A stretch of DNA of 64,000 nt, from positions 1 through 64,000 of the IMG/VR virus record IMGVR_UViG_3300027852_000039; one strand, 5' to 3'. Numbering within the stretch: position 1 is the stretch's first letter; each line of letters opens with the position of its first letter. Positions 63,189-64,000 of this stretch are shown here, piece by piece. The notes under the pieces were generated by a model, which worked only from the letters and a program-made list of their open reading frames with translations, searched no databases and was not told the origin of the DNA. The DNA comes from a virus. The position numbers were made by a program, and so were the translations under genes.

Positions 63189-64000
63189 ATGAAAACATTC
63201 GCGCTCGTCATTGCAACGATCAGGGACGTCGGGTTCCTCGGGGAGTGGGACAGACATCTCGGAGGAGATACGACTGTGTACATCGTCGAAGATCGGGAGG
63301 AGAAGACCGTACAAATCCCGGAGGTTCGACAGAAAGTCGTTCATCTCTGTCACGAGGATATCGACAGGGATCTCGGAAAGGATTCATGGATCATCCCGAG
63401 GAAGACGAGCGGGATCAAGTCGTACGGAATTCTGAAAGCATGGAGGGACGGACATGAAGGGATCGCGATTCTTGACGACGACTGCTTTCCTTCCGAAAGT
63501 TCTCCGCATTGGGAAACCGATCACAAACGAATCCTCAACTCGTACGCCGTCGTCGGACAAGGCGTCTTCAATACGGTCTTCGGATTCTATCCTCGCGGGT
63601 ATCCGTTCGGACCAAGGGAAAGGGAATCGAAAATAGTGTTGAGCGTGGGAGGATGGGAACAATACCCGGACATCGACGCGAAGACCGAACTCACAAAGGG
63701 AGTGCCGGGAATATGGTGGATGACAGACGCGATCGTTCCGTACGGACAATACTTCCCGCTGTGCGGAATGAACATCGCGTTCAGGCGAGAGATCGCTCCC
63801 TTGATGTACTTCGGACTTCAGGGGAAGGGATATGAGTTCGATCGATACGATGATATTTGGATGGGAATCTTCGCGAAAGCGGTGATCGATGGGATGGGAC
63901 AAGCGATCCACGTCGGACGACCGATCGTCAGACATTCGCGCGCAAGCGACCCGAGAGAGAACCTGAAGAAAGAGACGGCGGGATATCCGGTCACGGAAAG
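63189..64000 (+). CDS. Reversibly glycosylated polypeptide / UDP-arabinopyranose mutase (GT75) family protein, 3'-truncated
   Basis: Manual translation (missing from the ORF track): VIATIR, ILDDDC, YPRGYPF, PDIDA.T.L, PLCGMNIAF.RE..P.MYFGL, RYDDIW.G...K, HSRAS.P..NLKKE. Confidence 0.85.
   Translation, partial: MKTFALVIATIRDVGFLGEWDRHLGGDTTVYIVEDREEKTVQIPEVRQKVVHLCHEDIDRDLGKDSWIIPRKTSGIKSYGILKAWRDGHEGIAILDDDCFPSESSPHWETDHKRILNSYAVVGQGVFNTVFGFYPRGYPFGPRERESKIVLSVGGWEQYPDIDAKTELTKGVPGIWWMTDAIVPYGQYFPLCGMNIAFRREIAPLMYFGLQGKGYEFDRYDDIWMGIFAKAVIDGMGQAIHVGRPIVRHSRASDPRENLKKETAGYPVTE

Noticed and set aside
1-64000. Long minus-strand ORFs (e.g. 28776-30566, 53697-55196, 49943-51292, 51594-52934)
   Set aside because: Antisense shadows of recognisable + strand genes, caused by codon bias; no motifs or RBS.
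1-64000. Genome-wide stop-codon reassignment (TGA)
   Set aside because: Conserved genes are full length in the standard code and many end in TGA with ATGA coupling. Only one isolated in-frame TGA was found (37497).
1-64000. tRNA/rRNA genes, inteins, group I introns
   Set aside because: No cloverleaf or T-loop signatures in intergenic gaps by eye. TerL, portal and clamp show no intein C1/HN motifs or unexplained long inserts. A tRNAscan/Infernal run would be needed to be certain.

Overview
This window is a ~64 kb piece of a tailed dsDNA bacteriophage (HK97-type head), apparently circularly permuted. It starts inside the tail module and ends in the neck/lysis region. Every credible gene is on the + strand. 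Order: tail tip and FG-GAP hub proteins (1-4.6 kb); excisionase-like HTH, recombination and replication genes (SSAP-like, Cas4-like nuclease, initiator with internal iterons, DUF6475, RuvC-like, DnaN clamp; 4.8-19 kb); a sugar-modification cluster (radical SAM-SPASM, NAD epimerase, CgeB-type GT) split by a compositionally foreign island of tiny genes (22.4-24.8 kb); a structured non-coding region with a sigma54-type promoter (26.5-27 kb); an early region with the Ycf46-AAA/DUF1257/DUF2997/DUF3150-like module; ParB and a second radical SAM; TerS/TerL, portal-MuF, protease, major capsid; signal-peptide-bearing fibre proteins, GT2, amidase; and a truncated RGP/UDP-arabinopyranose-mutase (GT75) gene that the ORF track misses. 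The amidase shows the host is a bacterium; a sigma54-using, Desulfobacterota-like host is inference only. The most striking unexplained signals are: (1) a peptide motif RR[IV][IV]RP in the tails or linkers of seven unrelated proteins; (2) a degenerate 17-bp DNA motif at nearly every gene junction of the foreign island, resembling a gene-cassette array; (3) a phage-encoded glycosylation toolkit including an RGP mutase; (4) fibre-like virion proteins with Sec signal peptides sharing an IA^GDK cleavage site. All functional calls come from motif recognition by eye; no database searches were run.
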